Origin: Mobula hypostoma
Lineage: Eukaryota
DNA: 64,000 nt
Assembly (NCBI RefSeq): GCF_963921235.1
Contig: NC_086097.1
Span: 63,614,001-63,678,000, forward strand
Direction: 5' to 3'
In this document: piece after piece, positions 37,443-50,300 of the stretch
Numbering within the stretch: the stretch's first letter is position 1
Layout of the letters: each line of letters opens with the position of its first letter
Translations under genes and position numbers: made by a program
Notes under the pieces: model-generated
What the model was told of the DNA's origin: nothing
Databases searched by the model: none
What the model saw: the letters and a program-made list of their open reading frames with translations, nothing else

Positions 37443-40026
37443 ACACAGTACAGCACAGTACAGGCCCTTTGGCCCACAATGTTGTGCTGACCCTCAAACC
37501 CTGCCTCCCATATAAGCCCCTACATTAAATTCCTCCATATACCTGTCTAGAAGTCTCTTAAATTTCTCTAGTGTATCTGCCTCCATCACTGACTCAGGCA
37601 GTGCATTCCACGCACCAACCACTCTCTGAGTAAAAAACCTTCCTCTAATATCCCCCTTGAACTTCCCACCCCTTACCTTAAAGCCATGTCCTCTTGCATT
37701 GAGCAGTGGTGCCCTGGGGAAGAGGTGCTGGCTATCCACTTTATCGATTCTTCTTAATATCTTGAAAACCTCTATCCTGTCTCCTTCCATCCTCCTTCTC
37801 TCCAAAGAGTAAAGCCCTAGCTCCCTTAATCTCTGATCATAATCCATACTCTCTAAACCTGGCAACATCCTGGTAAACCTCCCCTGTACCCTTTCCGATG
37901 CTTCCACGTCCTTCCTATAGTGAGGTGACCAGAACTGGACACAGTACTCCAAGTGCGACCTAACCAGAGTTTTATAGAGCTGCATCATTACATCGCGACT
38001 CTTAAACTCTATCCCTCGACTTATGAAAGCTAACACCCCATAAGCTTTCTTAACTACCCTATCCACCTGTGAGGCAACTTTCAGGGATCTGTGGACATGT
38101 ACCCCCAGATCCCTCTGCTCCTCCACGCTACCAAGTATCCTGCCATTTTCCTTGTACACTGCCTTGGAGTTTGTCCTTCCAAAGTGTACCACCTCACACT
38201 TCTCCGGGTTGAACTCCATCTGCCACTTCTCAGCACACTTCTGCATCCTATCAATGTCTCTCTGCAATCTTTGACAATCCTCTACACTATCTACAACACC
38301 ACCAACCTTTGTGCTATCTGCAAACTTGCCAACCCACCCTTCTATCCCCACATCCAGGTCATTAATAAAAATCACGAAAAGTAGAGGTCCCAGAACCGAT
38401 CCTTGTGGGACACCACTAATCACAACCCTCCAATCCGAATGTACTCCCTCCACCACGACCCTCTGCTTTCTGCAGGCAAGCCAATTCTGAATCCACCTGG
38501 CCAAACTTCCCTGGATCCCATTCCTTCTGACTTTCTGAATAAGCCTACCATGTGGAGCCTTGTCCAATGCCTTACTAAAATCCATATAGATCACATCCAC
38601 TGCACTACCCTCATCTATATGTCTGGTCACCTCCTCAAAGAACTCTATCAGTCTTGTTAGACACGATCTGCCCTTCACAAAGCCATGCTGACTGCCCCTG
38701 ATCAGACCATGATTCTCTAAATGCCCATAGATCCTATCTTTAAGAATCTTTTCCAACAGATTTCCCATCACAGATGTAAGGCTCACTGGTCTATAATTAC
38801 CCAGACTATCCCTACTACCTTTTTTGAACAAGGGGACAACATTCGCCTCCCTCCAATCCTCCAGTACCATTCCCGTGGACAACAAGGACATAAAGATCCT
38901 AGCCAGAGACTCAGCAATCTCTTCCCTTGCCTCATGAAGCAGCCTGGGGAATATTCCGTCAGGCACCGGGGACTTATCCGTCCTAATTTGTTTTAACAAC
39001 TCCAACACCTCCTCTCCCTTAATGTCAACATGCTACAGAACATCAACCTCACTCATATTGTCCTCACCGTCATCAAGTTCCCTCTCATTGGTGAATACCA
39101 AAGAGAAGTATTCATTGAGGACATCGCTTACTTCCACAGCCTCCAGGCACATCTTCCCACCTTTATCTCTAATCGGTCCTACCTTCACTCCTGTCATCCT
39201 TTTGTTCTTCACATAATTGAAAAATGCCTTGGGGTTTTCCTTTACCCTACTCGTCAAGGCCTTCTCATGCCCCCTTCTTGCTCTCCTCAGCCCCTTCTTA
39301 AGCTCCTTTCTTGCTACCCTATATTCCTCAATAGACCCATCTGATCCTTGCTTCCTAAACCTCATGTATGCTGCCTTCTTCCACTTGACTAGATTTTCCA
39401 CCTCACTTGTCAACCATGGTTCCTTCACCCTACCATTCTTTATCTTCCTCACTGGGACAAATTTATCCCTAACATCCTGCAAGAGATCCCTAAACATCAA
39501 CCACATGTCCACAGTACATTTCCCTGCAAAAACATCATCCCAATTCACACTCGCAATTTCTAGCCTTTTAGCCTCATAATTTGCCTTTCCCCAATTAAAA
39601 ATGTTCCTGCCCTCTCTGGTTCTATCCTTTTCCATGATAATGCTAAAGGCCAGGGAGCGGTGGTCACTGTCCCCCAGATGCTCACCCACTGAGAGATCTG
39701 TGACCTGACCCAGTTCGTTACCTAATACTAGACCTAGTATGGCATTCCCCCTTCTCGCTCTGTCCACAGACTGTGACAGGAATCCGTTCTGGACATGCTT
39801 AACAAACTCTGCCCTGTCTAAACCCTTGGAACTAATCTGGTGCCAATCAATATTAGGGAAGTTAAAGTCACCCATGATAATAACCCTGTTATTTTTGCAC
39901 CTTTCCAAATTCTGCCTCCCAATCTGATCCTCAGTATCCCTGCTGCTACCAGGGGGCCTATAGAATACTCCCAATAGAGTAACTGCTCCCTTCCTGTTCC
40001 TGACTTTCACCCATACTGACTCAAAA
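37443..40026 (-). mobile_element. Young CR1 LINE of the same family as 13281-16796, 5'-truncated in the endonuclease; the retained ORF2 is broken by one stop
   Basis: ORFs 39033-40010 and 37494-39008 are in the same frame and near-identical to the plus-strand copy; the RT motif reads KFADS. Confidence 0.95.
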
Positions 40027-41989
40027 TTATGGATTTATTGAGTATGCCCACAAGAAAATGAATTTCAGGGTCGTATATGGTGACATATGTACCTTGATAA
40101 TAAATTCACTTTGTACTTTGAAGACCACAAGAAAAGGCAGAGAGCTGTGACTAAAGCCCAGTCTATCACGAAAACCAACCTCCCCTCCTTTGACCATCTG
40201 CACTTTCCATTGTATTGGGAAAACAAGCATTGTAATCAAAACCCCCACCCACTCCAGTGGTTCTCTGTTCCCCATTCCATTAGATAGAAGGTATGAAAGC
40301 TTGAGAACACCTACCAGCAAGCTCAAGGACAGCTTCTATAAAGCTATTACAAGAGTCCTGAACAGACTTCTTGCATGATAAAGATGGACTCTTGATCTCT
40401 CAGTCTACCCCATCATGCCCCTTGCACCTTATTTGTCTATCTGCACTGAACTTTCTCTTTAACTGTACGACTACACTCTGCATTCTGCTCTTGGCACTAT
40501 CTCAGTATACTTCTGTGTGGAATGGCTGTCAAACAAAACTTCACTGCATTTTGATATATGTGACAATAATAAATCAGTGAATGAATTCCATGAACTTTCC
40601 AAAGTGTGAAGTTAGATTAACGAGTCATTTATCTACCTCGTTTTTGGAATCTCGAAACACTCCGTCACCAAACACTGTTACATCTTTTGAGTTCTGCCTT
40701 ACCATCCAGCATTGTACTCAAGCACAGTTTGAATTATTGGAATCTAAACCTTCAGTCAAGATGGTGCCAGTGACAACGGTTCCTTGGGCAGCATATTCCA
40801 AATAGCCAATTTCTTCAATTATTTCACTTTTTCTGCCCCTTCTGCTTATTCTTTTTGCCTTGATTGTGCTACGAAAACTGTCAGAGCCTGTGATGTGCAA
40901 TTCAGAATTCGATGAAATGATCTAACGCTCTGTGATGCCCGGAGAGACACCTCATGGAAAAGACCAGAGACCGAGAACATGAGCTGACTCGTGGAAAGGA
41001 CCAGAGTCGAGGTACGGGGTCATGAACAATTCCAGTAAGCAGCATTATCTTGTGGTGTCAGCAGTGTATGATTGTTCAATGTGACTACACACCAAGATCC
41101 ACAATGAACACTTCCCAAACCTTGCATATCTAATTTTAGCTACAATGTAATTTCTATACCATTAAAATTAGATTAAAATCTCTTGAAATTAGCTTTGCTT
41201 TCCCTCTGATCTGATTACAGACCAAAAAAAAAACCAACAAGCAGATGAGTTAATTTTAGATATTTAAGGAAACTGGGCATAAAGCTAATGAAGGCACAAG
41301 AGATTGCTGGAACGTACGGCAACACACAAAGTGTTGAAGGAATTCAGCGAGTCAGACAGCATCAGTGGAAGGAGTTAATTAAAGGAAAATAATACCTCAG
41401 TCAGCTTTCCAACATTTCACAGAAGTTTATTGAATTACAGCATAAATAAAGTGCATGAAATAGTCTCCTGCCTTTATTCTCAGTTTGAATATGATGTATT
41501 CTAAGGGTGAGGAGAATTAAATTAAGCTAGGGAAATATTTTCATAGGAATAAATGTGAGATACAAACAACAAATCCAGGCACAAATTGATTTCTAATTTA
41601 AAAAAAAATAAAGTTAGTCCTCATCCACAAAGCCTTGAGAAGACTTTCAATCATGTAAATAGAGATTGCATTAGAGTAATAAGAAATGCAGAGCTGAATA
41701 ATTAGAGTGATATAAAGGATGCTGAATTTCAGACCTGAGATGTCGGCATTATTCTCCTAGTGCTAAACTTTACTTAAAGTGTAACTTTAAAGTCATTAAA
41801 AGTTTTGCCAGAACAAATAAACTGCTTCCAGTTTAGTCACATACAGATCAGACTGGGTAGGGGTGGCAGATGTCCCCTGAAAGGCATTACTGAACCTGAT
41901 GAGGTTTTGATAATAAACTGGTAATTAACCATCATTTAACTATTTATGTATATGAAATTGCACAATTAATTACTTGAAAAAATATATAC

Positions 41990-42631
41990 TGTTGTTGCGT
42001 GAATGAAATCACCAGAGAGAGAATTACTGATAGATACAAAGCTTCTTTATTCGTCAAAAACAAGGTTCAACAAGCATCATACGGACAGAGGCGCTTTCAG
42101 TGGAAAGGTCTGCTGCCCAACGTGGGGCTCGATATCTATTTGCTACACACACAAAGGACAATTCCATATTTAATATAGACAATGCTTTCTTTTGAAGCTA
42201 CATACAAACTTCACACCTCCTGATTACATCCATCACATAGGCGCCAGCAGTATAAGGACTGGTATTCAGGAATCCATTGTTCCAAACTGAATCCATAATA
42301 CATTTATTTGGTATTTTACGTGCTTAACATGAAGGGCAATCCATATTTACAAAGTATAGATAATACTGTCTTTGAAACCGCATGCAAACCTCACACCTTC
42401 TCACCAGCAGCGTCTGGACTGGTATTCCGGTATTCACAGCTTTTAGGAAATGCATTGTTACAAATGGACTGGGATTCTGATATTCACAGCTTTTAGGAAA
42501 TGCATTGTTACAAATGGACTGGGATTCTGATATTCACAGCTTTTAGGAAATGCATTGTCAAGGAACAGAAGACTGGTGGCTGAAGCCGTTTACTAAGTGT
42601 TAATGACCTAAACCCAAAAATTATTCTAACA
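41990..42631. mobile_element. Probable solo LTR containing a 50-bp tandem duplication
   Basis: TGTTG...CTAACA ends; AATAAA on the minus strand near 42045-42050; 50-bp unit about 2.6 times at 42431-42558; TSD unclear (TAC on both sides only). Confidence 0.55.
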
Positions 42632-42929
42632 TACTTCTATATTTCATACACTCAGTTATAGATTTAACTAAACTTGAACTCAATCTCTTAGTCTAATCTG
42701 CAACTCTTTATTGCAAGCTATCCTTCACAGCTCAAAATGATCTACATTCATCCTCTAATACATTACAACTTCATGTAGGTCTCATACACTTCTAGTCTAC
42801 CATTACATGCTAAATTGTTGCATTAAGTCTGAACCTATGCTATTACTTTGTCAGGATTACCATTTCTTAATGTTATCTCTATGAGGTAACACCAACATCC
42901 AGTAACTTTGGAAGTTTGGCTGATCTCTG

Positions 42930-43670
42930 AGTTTGGCAAAATGTTTGCAGACATTTCAGCTCCAATCAAGAAGCCATCGTCAGTGCACAGTTGAGCGTGT
43001 TGTCTCCTCAGAATGCTGGCTTATATACTCCTCTGGGGTCCAAATGGGCATTGGTTAGATATCATGATCTGGTAGGCTGATTCAAAGCACTGTGAACAGT
43101 TTAGAGGTAGAAGATTCTCATTGGCTAACTTCGAGGGAGCTCCATTGTAAGTGTTCGATTCACTGTCCAGATCCCAAGATCACTGATGATTCAACCCCCC
43201 TCAACTAGTATCAGCTCATGAAGACGAAGAAGAACAGCATTTCAAGTGGATGACAGCTATAGCCTTGACTCAAGCAAGAACAAGAAAAGAATGAGAATTT
43301 CTTGAAGCATGGTTCTCTACAGAAAGACCCATCAACAAACACATCAACATAGATATGGCAAAGGAACCCTTATGGGGAAAAGAGAAACAAGGACATCAAC
43401 AATCAACGAATCACCAGTAATCGCGGGATCTGGACAGTGAAGTAAACACTTTCAATAGCCCTCACTTGAAGCTAGCTGATCAGAATCTTCTACTGCTAAA
43501 CTGTCACAGTGCTTTGAACCTGCCAACCAGATCATGACATCTAATCAATATTCATTTGGACCCCAGAGGAGTATATAAGCCTGCATTCTGAGGAGACAAG
43601 ACCCTCAACTGCGCACTGATGGTGGCTTCTTGATAGAAACTGAAACAACTGCAAACATTTTGCCAAACTT
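42930..43670 (+). mobile_element. Second-family Penelope-like 3' fragment with an inverted pseudo-LTR
   Basis: About 260-bp inverted arms at 42930-43192 and 43408-43670 flank a GIY-YIG C-terminus (QLVSAHEDEEEQHFKW...EFLEAWFSTERPINKHINID); hammerhead-like core in the arms. Confidence 0.8.
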
Positions 43671-43689
43671 GTCAAGCAGCGCTTACCGC

Positions 43690-45677
43690 GTGACATAGAG
43701 CTTACATCGCTGGCAATCAGCTAAAGCTCAAGGGAAGTAGCTACGATCTGCACAAAGCTATCAAGACTGTGAAACAATACAGGGACAAGATTGAGTGAAG
43801 ATTCACAATGAATAGCACACGTGACTTGTGGCAAGGGCTGCATACCACTGCAGACTTCAAAGTGAGATGTAGTGGTGCCAACATCGCAGCCTCTCTCCCA
43901 GATGAGCTCAATCATTTTTACGCTTGGTTCGATGTCGCTAACTCTGAGCCTCCAAGGAAAGCCACTGCTACAACCTGCAACCTGGTCATCTCTGAGGCTG
44001 AGGTATGCAGATGTTTCCAATGAGTGGACGGTCACAAGGCGGCAGGATCGGACAGCATTCCAGGCCAAGTACTCAGGATGACCACTGCACAACTGGCAGG
44101 TGTGTCTACTGACATTTTTAATCTCTCCCTCTCCCAGTGTAAAGTGCCTTCCTGCTTCAAAACATCCACCATTCTCTCTGTACCAAAAAATGCCAAGGTA
44201 ACATGCCTGAGTGACTGGTGTCCTGTCGCTCTCACCTCAATAATAAGCAACAATAAGGGAACCTACCAGCCTTCTCCTTCCCACCCTCCCCCCCCCACCT
44301 TCTTTATAGGGCCTCTGCCCCCTTCCCTCTTCAGTCCTGACGAAGGGTTCCAGCCCGAAACATTGACTGGTCGTTTCCACAGATGCTGGCCGACCTGCTG
44401 AGTTCCTCCAGCGTGCTGTGAGTGCTGCAATAATAAGCAAATGTTTTGAGAGGCTGGTCAAGGATTACATCTGCAGTTTGCTACCACCCACACTGGACCC
44501 CTTACAATTTGCCTACCAACACAACCAATCGACAGACGACACATAGCAACTGCTCTACATACCGTCCTTACATATTTGGAGAAGAAGGATGCTTATGTGA
44601 GAATGCTGTTCTTGGACTACAGTTGAACATTCAACACCATAATTCCATCCAGGCTTGACAAGAAGCTCAGGGACCTTGGCCTTGGCTCTGCCTTGTGCAG
44701 CTGGATCCTGGACTTCCTGTCAGATCACCTGCAGGTTGTAAGAGTGGGCTCCCTCACCTCCATCCTTCTGACTCTCAATACAGGAGCCCGTCAGGGCTGT
44801 TTCCTAAATCCCCTCCTTTACTCCCTGACTGTGTCGCCACCCACAGCTTTAATCTGCTAATTAAATTGCCGACAACACTACACTGATTGTCCTAATCTCA
44901 AACAATAATGAGGCAGCCTACAGGGAAGAAATCATCTCTCTGACACAGTGGTGTCAAGAAAACAACCTCTCCCTTAAAGGAGCTGGTTCTGGATTACAGG
45001 AGGAATGGATAAGGGCCAACCCCTATTGACATTAATGGATCTGGAGTTGAGAGGGTAAACAGCTTCAAGTTCCTCGGCATCCACATCACCGAGGACCTCA
45101 CGTGACCTGTACACATCAGCTGTGTGGTGAAAAAGGCATAACAGCGCCTCTTTCAGCTCAGACAGTTGAGGAAGTTTGGTATGGGCACTCAAATCCTGAG
45201 AAATTTCTACAGGGGCACAATTAAGAGAATCTTGACTGGCTACATCACTGTCTAGTATGGGAACTGTATCTCCCTTAATTGCAGGACTCTGCAGAGAGTG
45301 GTGCAGACAGTCCAGCACATCTGTAGTTGTGAACTTCCCATGGTTCAGGACATTTACAAAGACAGGTGTCTATAAAGAGCCTGTAGGATCACTGGGGACC
45401 CAAATCACCCCAATGACAATCTATTCCACCTGCTGCCATCCAGGAAATGGTACCACAGCATAAAAGCCAGGACCAACAGGCTCCAGACCAGTTTCTTCCA
45501 CCAGGCCATCAGGCTGATTAACTCACACTGACTTGAGTGTATTCTATGTTACATTGACTGTTCTATTTATTATAAATTACGATGATTGCACATCGCACAT
45601 TTATACGGAGACGTAACGTAAAGATTCTTACACCTCATGTATATGAAGGATGCAAGAAATAAAGTCAATTCAATTCA
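43690..45677 (+). mobile_element. Rex1/Babar LINE RT region, 5'-truncated and decayed
   Basis: KAAGSDSIPGQVLR...DIFNLSLSQCKVPSCFKTSTI; TGARQGC; FKFLGIHI; ends AATAAAGTCAATTCAATTC. Confidence 0.9.
44251..44427 (+). mobile_element. Short Penelope terminal insertion with hammerhead motif
   Basis: 13-bp TSD CAATAATAAGCAA (44238-44250 and 44428-44440); CAGTCCTGACGAAGGGTTCCAGCCCGAAACATTGACTG. Confidence 0.9.
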
Positions 45678-47250
45678 TAGAAACATAGAAAATCTACAGC
45701 ACATTAAAGGCTCTTCAGCCCACAATGTTGTGCCAACCATGTAACCTACTCTAGAAGCTGCCTAGAATTTCCCTACCGCATAGCCCTCTATTTTTCTAAG
45801 CTCCATGTACCTATCTAAGAGTTTCTTAAAAGACCCTACTGTATCCGCCTCTCCCACCTTCACTGACAGTGCATTCCATGCTCCCACCACTCTCTGTGTG
45901 AAAAACTTACCTCTGACATCCCCCTTGTACCTACTTCCAAGCACCTTAAAACTATGCCCCCTCATGCTAGCCATTTCATCCCTGGGGAAAAGCCTCTGGC
46001 TATCCACATGAACCACATGATCAATGTCTCTCATCATCTCATACACCTCTATCAGGTCACCATTCCTCTGTCACTCCAAGGAGAAAAGGCCAAGTTCACT
46101 CAACCTATTCTCATAAGACATGCTCTCCATCCAGGCAACATCCTTGTAAATCTCCCTTGCATTCTCTCTATAGTATCCACATCCTCCCTGTGATGAAGTG
46201 ACCAGAACTGAAAACAGTACTCCAAGTGGGGCCTAACTAAGGTCTTATTTAGCTGTAACATTACCTCACTGCTCTTGAACTCAATCCCATGGTTGATGAA
46301 GACCAACATACCATACGCCTCCTTAACAACACTGTCAAACTGTGCAGCAGCTTTGAGTGTCCTGTGGACATGGGCTCCAAGTTCTCTCTGGTCCTCCATA
46401 CTGCCAAGAGTCCTACCAATAATATTATATTGTCTTCAAATTTGACCTACCAAAATGAAAAACTTTACACTTATCTGGGTTGAATTCCATCTGCCACTAC
46501 TCAGCCCAGTTCTGCATCCTATCATACAAATTGTAAATAAGACATTATTATGAGCCAACCAATTCACTATTTATTCAACTGAACATTTTAAAATTCAGAG
46601 ATTTTGTAGATTTTAAAGTAATACAAATTATGTATAAAGTAAAAAATGGACACCTACCACAAAGTATCCAAAGGTTGTTTAAAATGAGAGAAAGTCAATG
46701 TGATTTGAGAGGAACATGTATATTTCAAAAACAATGAATAAGAACAGATGTAAAAGATCATTGTATTTCAGTCAGAGGGGTGAATCTATGGAACAGTTGT
46801 AGTGAGAATTTAAAAACATGTACCACACTTAACAAGTTTTAAAATATTTAAAAATAATTTAATGAACAAATATAAAATACATGATTTAAAATGAGTGGAA
46901 GTAATGTAAATAAATGATACTTGGAATTGGCTGTTGTGTTAAAAGATTATGAATTTTTTCTTGTTTTGATGTGATGATTGACACCAAATATGTTGTTGTA
47001 TAATTAAGAGGGGTAGCAGTAATAAGTTGTGGCATCAACCTACATCCTTTCCACCTGTTTTAAAGAATATCTATGTTTTTGTTGTAATTTTCTCCTATAA
47101 AATCATTGTTATGAAATCATCACTGAAATCATCATTTTTGTTATGTTTGTACTGACCAAGATAAATGTCATTCATTCATTGTCCCACTGTAACCTCTGAC
47201 AGTCCTCAAGACTATTCACAACAACCCCCACTTTTGTGTCAACCAAACTT
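45678..47250 (-). mobile_element. CR1 3' fragment (minus) interrupted by an L2/Crack-like LINE 3' end (plus, about 46525-47180)
   Basis: CR1 ORFs 45762-46046 and 46100-46399; insert translates PTNSLFIQLNILKFRDFVDFK...ISVRGVNLWN and ends in (CATT)n; CR1 resumes at about 47181. Confidence 0.75.
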
Positions 47251-47319
47251 CCAAATAGCCAATCTGATATATCAATATTCCGCAATATTTCATCTTAATT
47301 AATAACTACATTGAGTATA

Positions 47320-50300
47320 GGAATAGAGTGAGGTGGAGGATGAATGCGTGGATGAGGGATTGGAGCAGGGGGCAGGGATTCAGACTTCTAGATCATTAGG
47401 ACCATTTTTGGGGCAGGCATAACCTGTACAAAAAGGACAGGTTGCACTTGAATCCAAGGGGGATCAATATCCTGGCAGGGAGGTTAGCTAAGGCTATTGG
47501 GGAGAGTTTAAACTAGAATTGCTGGGGGGTGGGAACTGAACTGAAGAGCCAGAGGAAGGGGTGGTTGGCTCATGTATATAGAAAGCATGGAGACAGTGCG
47601 AGAGGGAGGATAGGCAGGTGATAGAGAAGGAATACGCTCAGACCGATTGTTTGAGATGTGTCTATTTTAATGCAAGAAGCATTCATGAACAAAGCAGACG
47701 AACCTAGAGCGTGGATCAGTACTTGGATCTATGATGTTGTGGCCATTACAGAGACTTGGATGGCTCAGGGGCAGGAATGGTTACTTCGAGTGCCAGGTTT
47801 TAGATGTTTCAGAAAGGACAGGGAGGGAGGGAAAAGAGGTGGGGGCATGGCACTGCTGATCAGAGATAATGTCATGGCTTCAGATAAGGAGGAAGTCATG
47901 GAGGGATTGTCTACTGAGTCTTTGTGGGTGGAAATTACAAATAGGAAAGGGTCAATAACTCTACTGGGTGTTTTTTATAGTCCACCCAATAGTAACAGGG
48001 ACATCAAGGAGCAGATAGGGAGACAGCTGGAAAAGTGCAATAATAACAGTGTGATAGTGGAAAAGTGTGCATGGAACTGGAGGAGATAGTTGAGGTACTT
48101 AATGAATAAACTGGGCTGAGAAGTGGCAGTTGGAGTTCAACTCATATAAGTGTTTGGTGGTTCGGTTTGGTAGGTCAAATGTGATGGCAGAATTTAGTAT
48201 TAATGGTAAGACACTTAGCAGTGTGGAGGATCAGAGAGATCTTGGGGTCCGAAATCCATAGGATTCTCAAAGCTGCTGTTCAGGTTGACACTGTGGTTAA
48301 GAAGGCTTACAGTGCATTGGCCTTCATCAACCATAGGACTGAGTTTAAGAGTCGAGAGGTAATGTTACAGCCACATATGACCCTGATCAGATCCCACTTG
48401 GAGTACTGTGCTCACTTCTGGTCACCTCACTACAGGAAGGATGTGCAAACTATAGAAAGGGTGCAGAGGAGATTTACAAGGATGTTGCCTGGATTGGGAA
48501 GCATGCCTTACGAGGATAGGTTGAGTGAACCTGGCCACTTCTCCTTGGAGCAATGGAGGATGAGAGGTGACCTGATAGAGGTGTATAAGAATGCTAGACA
48601 ACCAGGTGACCCGTCGGGGCACCCTTTGAGAGAAGGGTAGTGCAGTCTGATGTGACCAGAATGAACATTAAATTTCCCTGAATGCTATTGCTATCGCTTT
48701 GCTTTGAAAATTAAAGAAGAGAAACTCAGTTTATTAAAGAAGAAAGACGCATAGCAAGACAAATATAGCTCCTCCTCGGTTAACGAAGGACACTTTTGGT
48801 GACACATTTCTGGTTGCCCTTCCACCCTTCAAGAATACTCTAACGTTTTCATTTCTCTTTCCCCGGCTTAAAGCCACATACAGCTGACCATGCTGGAATA
48901 CCGGTTTCTCCAAATAAATCACCACATTCTCCATGGTGTGGCCTTGCACCTTATGTATAGTCATAGCAAAGCATGACTGTATCGGGAACTGGCTCCGCTG
49001 AAGAGGGACGTCTTCCCCTTCTGATAAACTGAGAGTCATTCTTGGGATCATGACTATGTCATTTTTGAATGCACCAATGTTTATCTTGGCTACGATAAGA
49101 TTGTCGTACAGTTCTTCCACCACCATTCGCGATCCATTGCAAAGCCTTGATGCATCCAAGTGCCTCATTGAAATGATGGGAGATCCCCTCTTCAATTCCA
49201 GTTTATGTGGTGGCAATCCAGAGAGTTCGACCGAATCAAGGAATTCTGTTGGAAAATGAGTGGCGTTACCTCCTTCACTTACGGCATTGAAGGAACAGTA
49301 TTCTTTCATGATTCCAGGGAAGCCTCTAATGCATGTGAAGTTTATTTTTTGCATCATTTCATTGAGAGGAACCAAGATAGAATTCCTCGAGAACAGTTCT
49401 GCAGGATTGTCGAATGTAGGGTAGATGAAATCAATACATTCTTCCATAGTTTTTGCTGGCAGAATCATATCTTCAGGTAATTCAATTTCATCGTTTTCAT
49501 TTTTCTCAATCTTGTCTTCTCCAACATCCAATAAGAACTCAGAATATCATCCTTCTTCCTCACTCAATGGCATGTTTCTCTTCAATTGAAACTTGATGAA
49601 GCTTCTCCATAAGTAGGATTTTTTATGCATGACTTCTCCACATCAGCATCATTTCCTCATTTCACAACTGCTAGAAGCTGACGGAAATTGCCACAGCAAA
49701 TGGTTAAAATACCCCCGAAGGCCTCATTCTTGTCACATACATCATGAAGAGTCCGGTCCACGGCTTTGAAGCTCTCCCTCCTAATCATGGAGCACTCATC
49801 CCAGACAATAAGCCTCGCAGTTTGGAGTAAATTTGCAGTATTGGTAGTTTTATCGATGTTACAAAGGGCATCTTCATTGACTTTGAGGGGTATCTTGAAT
49901 CTTGAATGCGCTGTTCTACCACCAGGCATCAATGTTGCAGCAATACCAGATGATGCTACAGCAATAGCAACACCTCCATCTCCCCTAACTTTAGCGAGGA
50001 TCAAGTTGATGATAAATGTCTTGCCCGCTCCTCCTGGTGCATCAATGAAAATCATTGAAGAGAGATTCCTTTCCAAGCAGTCGCACACATATTCATATAC
50101 TTCTCTTTGCTCATTATTCAATAGGGGCTCCTTCTGTGAAACAAATCCCTGCTGTTCATCTGTGTTGTATTGCAGTTCACACAAAGATTCCAGATTGCCA
50201 GCACTTTGACTAAGTGTACCGTTTCTTGGTGTTGGCAAGTTATATTCTTCAAGTGTTTTGCCCAAATTCTTAAGTTTCTCTTGGAAATACAGATGAGCTT

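Noticed and set aside
40700..40900. Minus-strand exon-like segment (ORF 40718-40900, GTAAG donor near 40701)
   Set aside because: All three frames contain stops between acceptor and donor, and the plus strand has GTCAAGATGGTGCC, which resembles a Rex1/Babar 5' end
42431..42558. CRISPR-like array
   Set aside because: Head-to-tail repeats without spacers in eukaryotic DNA, no cas genes
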